Shown: positions 37,727 to 47,135 of the stretch, in pieces
Numbering within the stretch: position 1 is the first letter of the stretch
Layout: each line of letters starts with the position of its first letter
From: a virus
Length of the DNA stretch: 64,000 nucleotides
Strand: one strand, 5' to 3'
IMG/VR virus record: IMGVR_UViG_2757320370_000007
Coordinates: 73,719-137,718 of that record
Made by a program: the position numbers and the translations under genes
Notes under the pieces: generated by a model
What the model was told of the DNA's origin: nothing
The model's input: the letters and a program-made list of their open reading frames with translations, nothing else
The model's database searches: none

Positions 37727-38827
37727 TCAATTAATTTTACTCTCCTTTCGATCAATCATTTTTTGTGCTCCCGATTTCAATGTAGAAACGATACCGCCTT
37801 GTTGAGAAGTAATTAACATTATAAGTTCTTCTTTACTCAATCCCTCGAAAATATTATCCGACACCTCTTTTTCAATTCTTAAACTAGGACTATTGGATAA
37901 GTCCTTGCCGTGAATATAATGTTTGAGAGATCCATAACCACTTTGATTTAATTGCTCCCTCATGTCTTCAATAGATCCACCAGTTTCTTCAATCCATCCT
38001 GTCATAACATTTCTCAAACTGTGAAACACAACACCCTTATCATCGTTGAAGTTGAATTGTTCATTTATTCCTTTAAACATACTCTGGATAGTTGTCTTGC
38101 TTAGGTGAAATATTTTGTTATCGTTATATCTGTTGTAATACTGTTGTTCTTTAATTTCTAATAGTTCTTTATAAAACTCTTCAGAAATAGGCTTGGTGTT
38201 TGACTTCTTGCCTTTATCAATTACTGTGACTTCGTAATAATCATTGTGTTTATGCTTCTTGATATCACCCCAAGTTAGATTGAGAATGGCGCTTTTGCGA
38301 AAACTTGTTCTAGCAGCCAACTTAATCAGTGCGGCCTTTTCAACTCCCTTCTTTTGAGTTAAAACAAACTCTCTAACCAGCTTTGCTTCAGCATCATTCA
38401 TTTCGCCATGCTTGTTATCGTCAACATCTAATGCATCAACTTTTACACTTGCTTTCTTTACAGGGTAATCGTTGGTTTCAAGGAACTCATACAAACTAAA
38501 TATCGGGGCCATAAATTTATTAATTGTAGTATTAGAATATGGTGTGTTTTCTTCTAAGTGTGTTTGATAACGAATGATTGTTGCATTCTTAACTATGATG
38601 TCATCAGTAGTTAGTTCGTTGAGTTCCTTACTTCTATACCACATAAAAAACATTCTGATTGCCTTCTCATAAATCACAGAAGTTGATTCGTTTTTCTTTT
38701 TGTATTTAGATAAGAAAGCTTGAATATCCTCGCCTACTGTATCTTGATGTAATCCAACCAGATTATTTAATGCTGCGTTCATCATAACACCTCCAATTAT
38801 ATATGTTTGTTTTATTGTTGGGTTCAT
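37727..38827 (-). CDS. yopP: YopP(SroD)-like tyrosine recombinase-family protein
   Basis: RTSFRKSAIL, DKGK, FHSLRN, HY; YSNTTINK N-domain resembles YopP; usual LGH is LNQ. Confidence 0.75.
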   Translation of the reverse strand: MNPTIKQTYIIGGVMMNAALNNLVGLHQDTVGEDIQAFLSKYKKKNESTSVIYEKAIRMFFMWYRSKELNELTTDDIIVKNATIIRYQTHLEENTPYSNTTINKFMAPIFSLYEFLETNDYPVKKASVKVDALDVDDNKHGEMNDAEAKLVREFVLTQKKGVEKAALIKLAARTSFRKSAILNLTWGDIKKHKHNDYYEVTVIDKGKKSNTKPISEEFYKELLEIKEQQYYNRYNDNKIFHLSKTTIQSMFKGINEQFNFNDDKGVVFHSLRNVMTGWIEETGGSIEDMREQLNQSGYGSLKHYIHGKDLSNSPSLRIEKEVSDNIFEGLSKEELIMLITSQQGGIVSTLKSGAQKMIDRKESKIN

Positions 38828-39016
38828 CTGTTAATCTAAGTTGTTCTGGTATATGTTTTCCTATCCGTAAATCTATATTAACACATATAATTATTTGCGT
38901 ATATATATTTACTTTATAAATAGTGCTATTTAGTAAATTTATTTTAAGATTTACGCAATTCTTACTCGCTATATATAATGAAGCAAACAATTCGTAATCT
39001 GGCCTCTTCTATTTTA

Positions 39017-39068
39017 TATAGTAAACATATATATTATTATTGACTAATTATACTCCTCGTGTTATATT
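39017..39068 (+). promoter_or_regulatory. SigA promoter of the RNA polymerase operon with upstream repeat motif
   Basis: TATAGTAAACATATAT at 39017-39032; TTGACT-17-TATATT with extended TG. Confidence 0.75.
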
Positions 39069-39427
39069 TTAAATACAGAAAGCGACTAACCAAATCGCTA
39101 CTGAATATAACAGACGAGAGTAAGACCAGAGAGGATCAATACATAATGAAGTCAATGAAAAACAAACAGGAGGATATGAATTTGAAGTTAGCGGAAAATA
39201 CTAAATCATGGGGGGAACGCTATTTTGATGGTGAGGTTGATTATGTAGACGAAAGATATGTTTCAGATGAAATGAAAGAAGGAACTGAGGATTGTGTAGA
39301 GTATCTAGATACTCAGAAAATTGATGATGAGGTATTGTATCTTAAGCGTGAGGCCAATAGTGGTGAGTTTTATCGAGCACCGTTTTGTAGCGAGATTGGA
39401 TTTACTAATACATATGCTTCAATATAA
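39059..39427 (+). CDS. Hypothetical acidic protein (true start probably about 39176)
   Basis: GGAGG RBS before ATG AAT TTG. Confidence 0.55.
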   Translation: MLYFKYRKRLTKSLLNITDESKTREDQYIMKSMKNKQEDMNLKLAENTKSWGERYFDGEVDYVDERYVSDEMKEGTEDCVEYLDTQKIDDEVLYLKREANSGEFYRAPFCSEIGFTNTYASI

Positions 39428-39475
39428 TAAACATATTTATATTTATATGTTATATAAATTAGGAGGAAAATAATA

Positions 39476-42058
39476 TTGAGTGAATTGCATAAGCCCGTAT
39501 ACATCCCTTCAGTTGAAGGAAGTGACATATATAATTATATGTTCAGGGGTAGAGATTTCGAAGTAAAATACATAGGTATGATCCCCTCCAGTCTTGAATT
39601 GAATAAACTCATAGACACGGGGCTAAAAACAATTAAAAAGAAAACGAATCAAAAGTTTTTATCTACAGATATAATCAATGTAAAATTTAAACAAAAGGTA
39701 GATTCCGGTCAACATATTATTAAAAAGATAAGCGCAAAAATAGAGAAATTGGATGAAACTAAAATTGAATATAAAGACAAACTCAAAGATTTTGTTGCAT
39801 TAATTGAATCCGAACTTAAAGAAGACAAATGGAAAGGAGTTTCCTATAAAGAACTTCGCGAAAAACTATATTTAGAAGGATTCGTGTACAACGGAGTTAG
39901 ATATGTAGTCTATAAGCGTTCCAGTGCTAAATCGAGAATTGGTCAGTGTTTATTTATAAGAGAAAAATTACATAAACCGATGATTAAGTGGAGTCGCATG
40001 AATTTTGAGTTTAAAAATAGAAGATTAGAAGATGAGATTGACTTCCCTTCCCTTCTCGCTTACGAAAGTTTAGTCGGTTCCTCAATTGAGAGTACTATCA
40101 ATATTAATCCAAACAATATATTGATGGTCAAAGATGTGGAAAGTATATTCACCAAGACTTCTAATGTTGTACGTACTGGAGCTAATAAATATTTAGACAG
40201 TTTCACCGAGGAGTCAAAAATTAAGAATAGTCTATTCGATGGCGAATCCTTACTTGATGCAAGCTATTTTGAAGAAGGAAAATCTATGATGTTGTTGCGC
40301 AATCATATGTTTAAAAGTGCAGCATTTAACTGTAAAATACAAAAATTCTTAACAGATAACTGTCCAGAAGGAATTGACTATAATGAATGGAAAATTTCTA
40401 GTATGTACGATGGTGAAGAGATATTTGCAAAGGATATACATCTAATTACTACTCCGAGTAGTCTAAAAGCATTGAAATTCCATAAGATACTTGGGTCAGA
40501 AAAGAAGATGTGGCAACATTGGAAGCGAATCGTTATATTGGATGAATGTGTGTTCGGTGTTTGCAAGAGCGAAAAGAAATCAAAACTCGGATTCGACAAT
40601 GAGGGCAAATTAATTCAACAAACAAGCTACCAGATGCTTAACTCTCTTCCAATGAAAAAAGAAGATGTAGAAAAGTTCACCAGACTTGAAAAAGGTTTCA
40701 TCGAAAGACTGAAGAATGATGATGACTTTTTCGTTGCACACATTAGAAGCACCAACAATGATATGAATAGTAACGAGATGTTCGCTGATTTATATGACAA
40801 AAATAATGATATAGCTAAAACAAAGATATTTAGGACGTTTAGAAAGAAAATAATAAGTGGGCATGTAACACATATCAAGAATGGCAAGGTTAGATTAAGT
40901 GGTGACTATTGCGTTATGCTTGGTAATCCAATGGAATTTTTATATCACGCTATTGGCGGGATAAATGTGGAAGATCCAGAAGTAAAAGCCCTGAATTATA
41001 ATGAAGTGTACACCACAATGTTTGATGAGAAAGAAATTACCGGATTCCGAAACCCTCATACCAGTCCCAATAATGTACTTCTCGCTGTTAATAAAAAAGT
41101 GAATGATATTGATAAATATTTCAATCTAACGAGCAATATTGTATGTGTGAATGCAATAGGTTTTCCATTACAGGATATCCTCTCGGGGTGTGATTACGAT
41201 AGTGACACAGTGTTATTGATTGATGATGAGAACTTGCTTACTATAACAAAAAGTTTATTTGGTAAATATAATGTATGTATAAATCAAGTCAAGAGCAGTA
41301 AAAAACATTATACTGTATGCAATAAGGATATGGCAACCATAGATAATGAATTATCGAATAGTCAAAAATACATAGGTAGAACTGTTAATACGGGTCAGTT
41401 ATGCATGTCGAGTTATTGGGACTTGCTACACAAGGGTAAATCAGAAGAGGAATTATCCGATTTAATGAAGAAACTAGATGTTGTCACTGTTCTCTCGGGC
41501 ATATGTATTGATTTAGCAAAAAAAATGTTTGAAATAAATATTAATAAAGAAATAGAACATATCTGTCAGATCAAGGAACTGAAGAAAGAAAAGCCTCTGT
41601 TCTGGCAATATGTAAATCAAGGCGGAGAAATTACAACTGTAAAGTATGATTGCCCGATGGATTTATTATTTGAAGAAATGACGGATTTGGATTATGCGGA
41701 TAAACGTGCCAATATCCCATTTAACGATTTCCTTGTTAAAAGGAATATGAGTGATAGTTTGAGAAATCAGGAATCAAAAGTATTCGGGTACGTTGAAAAC
41801 ATGGTATCAAAAATAAATAATACATATGCTAAACACTATTCTGAAGAAGAAAGAGATCGAAGAATCGACGACATAATTAAATATTATAGTTTTTATGTAA
41901 GGAAGTTACAGATAAACGAGGACACTATGTATTCTCTATTGATTAAATTAACAAAAAATAAGAAGGATAAAATAGCTTCCAGGCTATTAAATGTTCTCCA
42001 TTCTACTCAAAAAAGACAGTTTTTAGATGCATTTTCGGTAAAAAACGACACACTTTAA
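39476..42058 (+). CDS. yonO: Single-subunit phage RNA polymerase (YonO-like)
   Basis: RSSAKSRIGQCLF, FRNPH, LSGCDYDSD catalytic loop; 860 aa. Confidence 0.92.
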   Translation: MSELHKPVYIPSVEGSDIYNYMFRGRDFEVKYIGMIPSSLELNKLIDTGLKTIKKKTNQKFLSTDIINVKFKQKVDSGQHIIKKISAKIEKLDETKIEYKDKLKDFVALIESELKEDKWKGVSYKELREKLYLEGFVYNGVRYVVYKRSSAKSRIGQCLFIREKLHKPMIKWSRMNFEFKNRRLEDEIDFPSLLAYESLVGSSIESTININPNNILMVKDVESIFTKTSNVVRTGANKYLDSFTEESKIKNSLFDGESLLDASYFEEGKSMMLLRNHMFKSAAFNCKIQKFLTDNCPEGIDYNEWKISSMYDGEEIFAKDIHLITTPSSLKALKFHKILGSEKKMWQHWKRIVILDECVFGVCKSEKKSKLGFDNEGKLIQQTSYQMLNSLPMKKEDVEKFTRLEKGFIERLKNDDDFFVAHIRSTNNDMNSNEMFADLYDKNNDIAKTKIFRTFRKKIISGHVTHIKNGKVRLSGDYCVMLGNPMEFLYHAIGGINVEDPEVKALNYNEVYTTMFDEKEITGFRNPHTSPNNVLLAVNKKVNDIDKYFNLTSNIVCVNAIGFPLQDILSGCDYDSDTVLLIDDENLLTITKSLFGKYNVCINQVKSSKKHYTVCNKDMATIDNELSNSQKYIGRTVNTGQLCMSSYWDLLHKGKSEEELSDLMKKLDVVTVLSGICIDLAKKMFEININKEIEHICQIKELKKEKPLFWQYVNQGGEITTVKYDCPMDLLFEEMTDLDYADKRANIPFNDFLVKRNMSDSLRNQESKVFGYVENMVSKINNTYAKHYSEEERDRRIDDIIKYYSFYVRKLQINEDTMYSLLIKLTKNKKDKIASRLLNVLHSTQKRQFLDAFSVKNDTL

Positions 42059-42200
42059 TATTTTTATCTTTAAAAAACCCTTATAAACACTGGCTTTTTC
42101 GAGGGTGTCCAAGGTCCCCATATGATAGGGTATGATAAGCCCTAATCAATATAAATTAATATATTTATCAAAAAACTAAATTTAAGGGAGATAATTAAAA

Positions 42201-42524
42201 ATGAATAAACAAGATTTGATCGTAGAGGTTTCTAACAAAACAGGACTGGCAAAGAAAGACGCTACAGCAGCGGTAGAAGCAGTTTTTGAAACAATCACAG
42301 GGGCGCTTGCATCAGGAGAAAAAGTTGGTATTTACGGTTTCGGTAATTTCGAAGTACGCGAACGTGCTGCTCGCCCTGGAACAAATCTTAGTCTGCTGAC
42401 TAAACTAAAAGAGCAAGGTGTTGACGCTGAAACAGCTAAGGCACAGGCTGCTATTCAAATTGAGGCTTCAAAAGCACCTGCATTCAAACCATCCACAGCC
42501 CTGAAAAATTCCGTAAAACAATAA
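42201..42524 (+). CDS. hup: HU-family DNA-binding protein (YonN-like) with arm insertion
   Basis: MNKQDLI...[13 protein letters not shown]...APAFKP. Confidence 0.92.
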   Translation: MNKQDLIVEVSNKTGLAKKDATAAVEAVFETITGALASGEKVGIYGFGNFEVRERAARPGTNLSLLTKLKEQGVDAETAKAQAAIQIEASKAPAFKPSTALKNSVKQ

Positions 42525-42852
42525 TTTTATCATAAACATACATATATTATTAGGTGTTCCACTACCGAAAACGTGGGCTTTATAAGTCGGTGTTTCGCCA
42601 CCATAAAGAGCGAACTTTATAAATAAGTTGCTGAGGTAGAAAAGGTTCTCTACGCGCTTACCGATGCTGAATAAGCACTATATCGAAAAGTCAACAGAGA
42701 TGCAGGATACACCGCCCTGCCAGCAATTAATCAAACTAAGCCCTGAACAAGGGAATCCGCAATATAAAACACGTTAGACTGAAGATCTCACACACGAAAC
42801 ATAAACTTGAGGGGAGCACACCTCCCCTACTCTACCAACCGAGGTAACGCCC

Positions 42853-44043
42853 ATGAACAATAAATTTGTGATTGATACGAACGCCCTTCTTCTATATTTG
42901 TCTATGATTGATTTAGATGGCGAAATTATTATCCCAGAAATCGTATTACACGAATTGGATAGGCTAAAAATCGGAGACAGTGACACCTCTTATCGCGCTA
43001 GACAAGCAGTGAGAGCGCTGAAATCGAAAGACAGTATCATTTATGATCATGAATTCGGGAAACAACATCCAGCAGCTCTATTGAGCAATGATGATGTCAT
43101 TGTGCAGTGTGCGGTTAAACATTCTGCGAAACTTATTAGTGGTGATTTTCTGGCACAGTTAAAAGCAACAGCTTTAGGTGTGGAAATATATGAACCAGAT
43201 GGCAACACAGAAGAGTATTCTGGATATGAAGAAATTGTTATGGATGACAATGAAATCGCTGAATTTTATGAAAATATGGATATTAATAAATACGAAATTA
43301 ATGAGAACCAATACATAATTATTAGAAACGAATCAGGTAAGTTAATTGAGATAGCAAAATGGAATGGAAATAAATACATCACTATTAGACAGGGAAAATA
43401 TAAGACTGATATGTTTGGAGATTTCAAACCATACGACGAACATCAAATTTGTGCTATGGATTCTCTCGAAACAAACCAAATGACTATGATTAAAGGTAAG
43501 GCTGGCGCTGGTAAAAGTGTAATTGCATTAAATTACGCTTGGAGTCAACTTGAGAAAAATAAATATGACAAACTCATCATTTTCACAAATCCAGTTGCTG
43601 CTAAGAATAGTGCAAAACTTGGCTACTATCCCGGTACGAGAGACGAAAAACTTTTATTTTCACAGACGGGCACAATGCTATCTGCCAAATTTGGAGGAAT
43701 TGAAGAAGTTCAACATCAAATTCAAACTGGCAAACTAGTTCTCCTACCATTCTCTGACATCCGTGGTTTCGACTCTACTGGACTCAAAGCAATAATCTGG
43801 ATTATCGAATCTCAAAATCTAGATATTGAACTTATGAAGACAGGTATTTCCCGTGTCGGAGATGATTGTAAATTAATTTTAGACGGGGATTACTATGGTC
43901 AGGTTGATATGGATGTCTATGCAGGATTCAACAATGGCATGAGACGAGTTAGTGAAGTGTATCGTGGGCTTGACTTCTATGGAGAAGTTGAACTTCAACA
44001 TGTTCATCGTTCTCAAATGGCTAAATATGCGGACTTACTATAG
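42853..44043 (+). CDS. phoH: PIN-PhoH family protein
   Basis: FVIDTNALL PIN start; GKAGAGKS, LGYYPG, IRG, ESQN, GD..Q PhoH motifs. Confidence 0.92.
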   Translation: MNNKFVIDTNALLLYLSMIDLDGEIIIPEIVLHELDRLKIGDSDTSYRARQAVRALKSKDSIIYDHEFGKQHPAALLSNDDVIVQCAVKHSAKLISGDFLAQLKATALGVEIYEPDGNTEEYSGYEEIVMDDNEIAEFYENMDINKYEINENQYIIIRNESGKLIEIAKWNGNKYITIRQGKYKTDMFGDFKPYDEHQICAMDSLETNQMTMIKGKAGAGKSVIALNYAWSQLEKNKYDKLIIFTNPVAAKNSAKLGYYPGTRDEKLLFSQTGTMLSAKFGGIEEVQHQIQTGKLVLLPFSDIRGFDSTGLKAIIWIIESQNLDIELMKTGISRVGDDCKLILDGDYYGQVDMDVYAGFNNGMRRVSEVYRGLDFYGEVELQHVHRSQMAKYADLL

Positions 44044-44078
44044 CATTTAATAAATAAACATACATAATAAATTAATTT

Positions 44079-44109
44079 AACTATCAGATCGTATATCTGG
44101 TAGTTTTTT
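44079..44109 (+). terminator. Intrinsic terminator
   Basis: AACTATCAGAT-CGTAT-ATCTGGTAGTT plus T-tract. Confidence 0.8.
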
Positions 44110-44157
44110 CATTGAGTAAAAATACAAAATAAATCATTTTAAGGGAGAACAAAAATC

Positions 44158-44331
44158 ATGGAAGCAAGCAAAGAAAAATTGAATGGTCTAAACGAAATTC
44201 GTGAGGCTGCTTTTGATCTGTATCCGAATGCTACTAAAATTACAATTTCTATTGATGGTGATAAGATTCGTGTCTCTCCAATCGAAGACTATGCTATCCC
44301 ACAAGGTGGCCTAAGTCCTGAAGAGGAGTAA
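44158..44331 (+). CDS. 57-aa acidic protein in the YonK position (absent from ORF track)
   Basis: MEASKEKLNGLNEIREAAFDLYPNATKITISIDG...; AAGGGAG RBS. Confidence 0.6.
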   Translation: MEASKEKLNGLNEIREAAFDLYPNATKITISIDGDKIRVSPIEDYAIPQGGLSPEEE

Positions 44332-44334
44332 TTA

Positions 44335-45657
44335 TTGATGACAAATGAACTCCTAAAAATCGGAATCCAGAAGAGAAATAAAGAAATCTCTATGAGTTGG
44401 CAGGATATTGTTGATCTTCATGGGAACGGAAAGTTTCGTGATGGCGAGGATCTACGTTGTTGGGTGAAGAATCAACTCCGAAAAAATGGAGCACTCATTC
44501 GAGCATCTAATACCAAAGAAAAAACTCTTAATCCTGTTGAAGAAATCGATCCCATTAAACAATATGGCGAAAAGATGGAAATTCATAAGGATGGTTCTCA
44601 TAGCAGCGACAAACTCCTTCAAATGTCTGCTGAACAATCTAAAGATGTTAATTACCTTCTTTCTGCTCACGGATATGATAATAGTTCATGGGAATTACTA
44701 TCCGCTAGAAACAACTTCTGGAATGTGTACAGTAAAGTTGATGGCGTGCAGACTCTATACTCTAGTAAAATCTCTGTTAAGCCTAGAACAGATAGTTTGT
44801 CCGAGGAAGACCTTAAACTTTTCTTTGAAGACTTGAGTAAAAATTATCAAAGCCCTCTCCACTCACCTACTAATTATAGCGTTGATGGAAAAATGCTTGA
44901 ACTTAACATCTCAGATTTGCATTTGGGCAAACTATGCTGGAATGGAGATTCTGGAGATACGTATAATTACGAAATTGCCAGAGAACGATTCTTCTATATT
45001 ATCAATGATATCCTGACGAGAACACAAGGATATAAATTTGAGAAGATTCTTTTTATCTGGAGTAACGATTTCTTCCATACTGATGGTATAAACGGAACAA
45101 CTACGGCTGGAACACGACAAGATACTGATGTTAGATGGCAACAAATGTATAAGCTTGGAGTTAAAATGTTGGTCGAAGGAATTGACCTGTGCTCACAATT
45201 TGCCCCAGTCGAGACTTGTTATATTGGCTCAAATCATGATAAGGCCACCAGTTATTATGCAGTTGAGTATCTTGATGCATGGTTTAGAAACAATCCCAAT
45301 ATTACTGTTAATAACGATGCAAAGTCTCGCAAATATGTAGAATTCGGTCAATGTTTGATTGGTCTAAGTCATGGACACAGCGAAGGAAAACGTGCTGGGA
45401 AATTGATGCCTATTGAAGCACGAGAAGCTTGGGGAAGAACGAAATATCATGAGTTTCACGCTGGTCACTTCCACTCTGAAAAAGCGGTTGTCGAAGAGAA
45501 TGGGATTATTGTTAGATATGTAAGTTCCCCTACTTCTACAGATAATTGGCATTTTGAATCAGGGTATGTCGGTGCAATTCAGAAATCTATGTCATTTGTT
45601 TGGGATAGAAATAAAGGATTAATGGATGTACTTAATACTACTGTTGAAAGCGAATAA
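44335..45657 (+). CDS. Calcineurin-like metallophosphoesterase (YonJ-like)
   Basis: ISDLHLG, NDFFH, SNHD, SHGH, GHFH. Confidence 0.85.
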   Translation: MMTNELLKIGIQKRNKEISMSWQDIVDLHGNGKFRDGEDLRCWVKNQLRKNGALIRASNTKEKTLNPVEEIDPIKQYGEKMEIHKDGSHSSDKLLQMSAEQSKDVNYLLSAHGYDNSSWELLSARNNFWNVYSKVDGVQTLYSSKISVKPRTDSLSEEDLKLFFEDLSKNYQSPLHSPTNYSVDGKMLELNISDLHLGKLCWNGDSGDTYNYEIARERFFYIINDILTRTQGYKFEKILFIWSNDFFHTDGINGTTTAGTRQDTDVRWQQMYKLGVKMLVEGIDLCSQFAPVETCYIGSNHDKATSYYAVEYLDAWFRNNPNITVNNDAKSRKYVEFGQCLIGLSHGHSEGKRAGKLMPIEAREAWGRTKYHEFHAGHFHSEKAVVEENGIIVRYVSSPTSTDNWHFESGYVGAIQKSMSFVWDRNKGLMDVLNTTVESE

Positions 45658-45716
45658 GTATATACATAGTTTATGCACTATTTATACATAGTTTTCCCTT
45701 AAGGGAGGCGCTTAAA

Positions 45717-46076
45717 ATGTCAGAGGAAGAATATTATGCATCCCAACCTGATTATGACGAAGATGAAAATTGTGAACTCCCTTCTACCTTCTTGTCTGAT
45801 GAGGATATTGGTGCAGAAACTAACATGATTATAATTCCAAGTTTAAAAATTGACTTAGAATTACAAATTGACAGTTACGTCAATACATTATCAAAATTAA
45901 AAACAAAGAATCAACTCAAGTCTGCCTTATTCCAAATATGGAGTCACGCTGAATCGTATGGCGCAATTATGGAACGTATGGATAAGCTTCAAACAGATGT
46001 TGAAACGTTACGATACGATCTTGAAGATGTTGATTTTGAGATTGAATATATGGATGGCAGAGACGACGAAATATAG
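45717..46076 (+). CDS. Hypothetical acidic protein
   Basis: ORF track; GGGAGG RBS. Confidence 0.6.
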   Translation: MSEEEYYASQPDYDEDENCELPSTFLSDEDIGAETNMIIIPSLKIDLELQIDSYVNTLSKLKTKNQLKSALFQIWSHAESYGAIMERMDKLQTDVETLRYDLEDVDFEIEYMDGRDDEI

Positions 46077-46286
46077 CTTATAAAAGTAAAAAGAACTCCT
46101 GAGACGATTGCTATTCTAGAATCGCCTTTTTTCTTGTTTTTATTTTTTAGATGAGGATGCCCCTGCTATAAGGGTGGTTTGCATTAAACAGTGGACACTC
46201 CCCCGCTATCCTCATTTAAGTTTTTCTTTATTACGTACTATAAAAGTGGAGTTTTATGAAGATTTATCAAAAAAGAGGGTGAGTAA

Positions 46287-47132
46287 ATGGCTCTAAAAAA
46301 AACTGTATTAAAAAAAGATGAGATTGAAAAAGTAAAATGCTTAAAATGCGGAAAATTAAAGTCTCCTAATACATCTAACTTCTATGCCAATACAAACCAA
46401 TTATTCTCTTCTGATAAATTAGAGGTGTGTAAGGACTGCATACTACATTTCATTGGTGAAAAAGGATCTGAGGGTTATAAAGATAGAGCAATAGTCGTTT
46501 TAGCTATGCTAGACAAGCCATTCGTTGATGATCTTTGGACTCAAATGGATCAGGAATGGTCAAAATTCATCCCACCACTCTCTTCATTTCCCAAGTTTAG
46601 AGGTCTAAAATTCTCAGACAGTTCAATGTCTTCCATTGGAAGTTCAAACGCAAATATAAAGAAAAGCAATATAGATGATGAAGAAAACAATCAGGAGTAT
46701 TTTGATGACGAAGAAAAGTTTTTCAACAGAAAATGGATGGGTGAATACACAAACTCAGATATTGATTATATGGAAGATTACTATTTAGGTTTGGACAGAG
46801 ATTTTAAAATTGTTACAACCAATCATAAAGACTATGCAAGAAAGATATGTAAAGCAAGCCTCCATATGGATAGATGTTTTCAGGACGTTTTGAAGGGCGT
46901 TGGCGGTGCAGATGCTAAATATAAATCAGCACGAGAAACATTTGATACTCTTTCTAAATCAGCACAGTTCTCCGAGAGTCAACGAGGACAGAACGATGTC
47001 AGTCTGGGGTGCTTTGGAGTAACTTTTGACCAAGTCGAACAGAAAAAATGGGTTCCAAAACATGTTCTTTTGGATGAGGATTCATATGATAAGATGCTAA
47101 ATCAATTCGCAACAATTAAGGATTCGGTGTAG
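46287..47132 (+). CDS. Zn-binding protein preceding terminase (YonG-like; putative small terminase)
   Basis: CLKC...FY...CKDC; position. Confidence 0.6.
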   Translation: MALKKTVLKKDEIEKVKCLKCGKLKSPNTSNFYANTNQLFSSDKLEVCKDCILHFIGEKGSEGYKDRAIVVLAMLDKPFVDDLWTQMDQEWSKFIPPLSSFPKFRGLKFSDSSMSSIGSSNANIKKSNIDDEENNQEYFDDEEKFFNRKWMGEYTNSDIDYMEDYYLGLDRDFKIVTTNHKDYARKICKASLHMDRCFQDVLKGVGGADAKYKSARETFDTLSKSAQFSESQRGQNDVSLGCFGVTFDQVEQKKWVPKHVLLDEDSYDKMLNQFATIKDSV

Positions 47133-47135
47133 ACC

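Noticed and set aside
42070-42130. AAACCCTT motif (also near 2703, 33241, 33411) as a YonO late promoter or resolution site
   Set aside because: Too short and inconsistent in context to support without alignment to relatives
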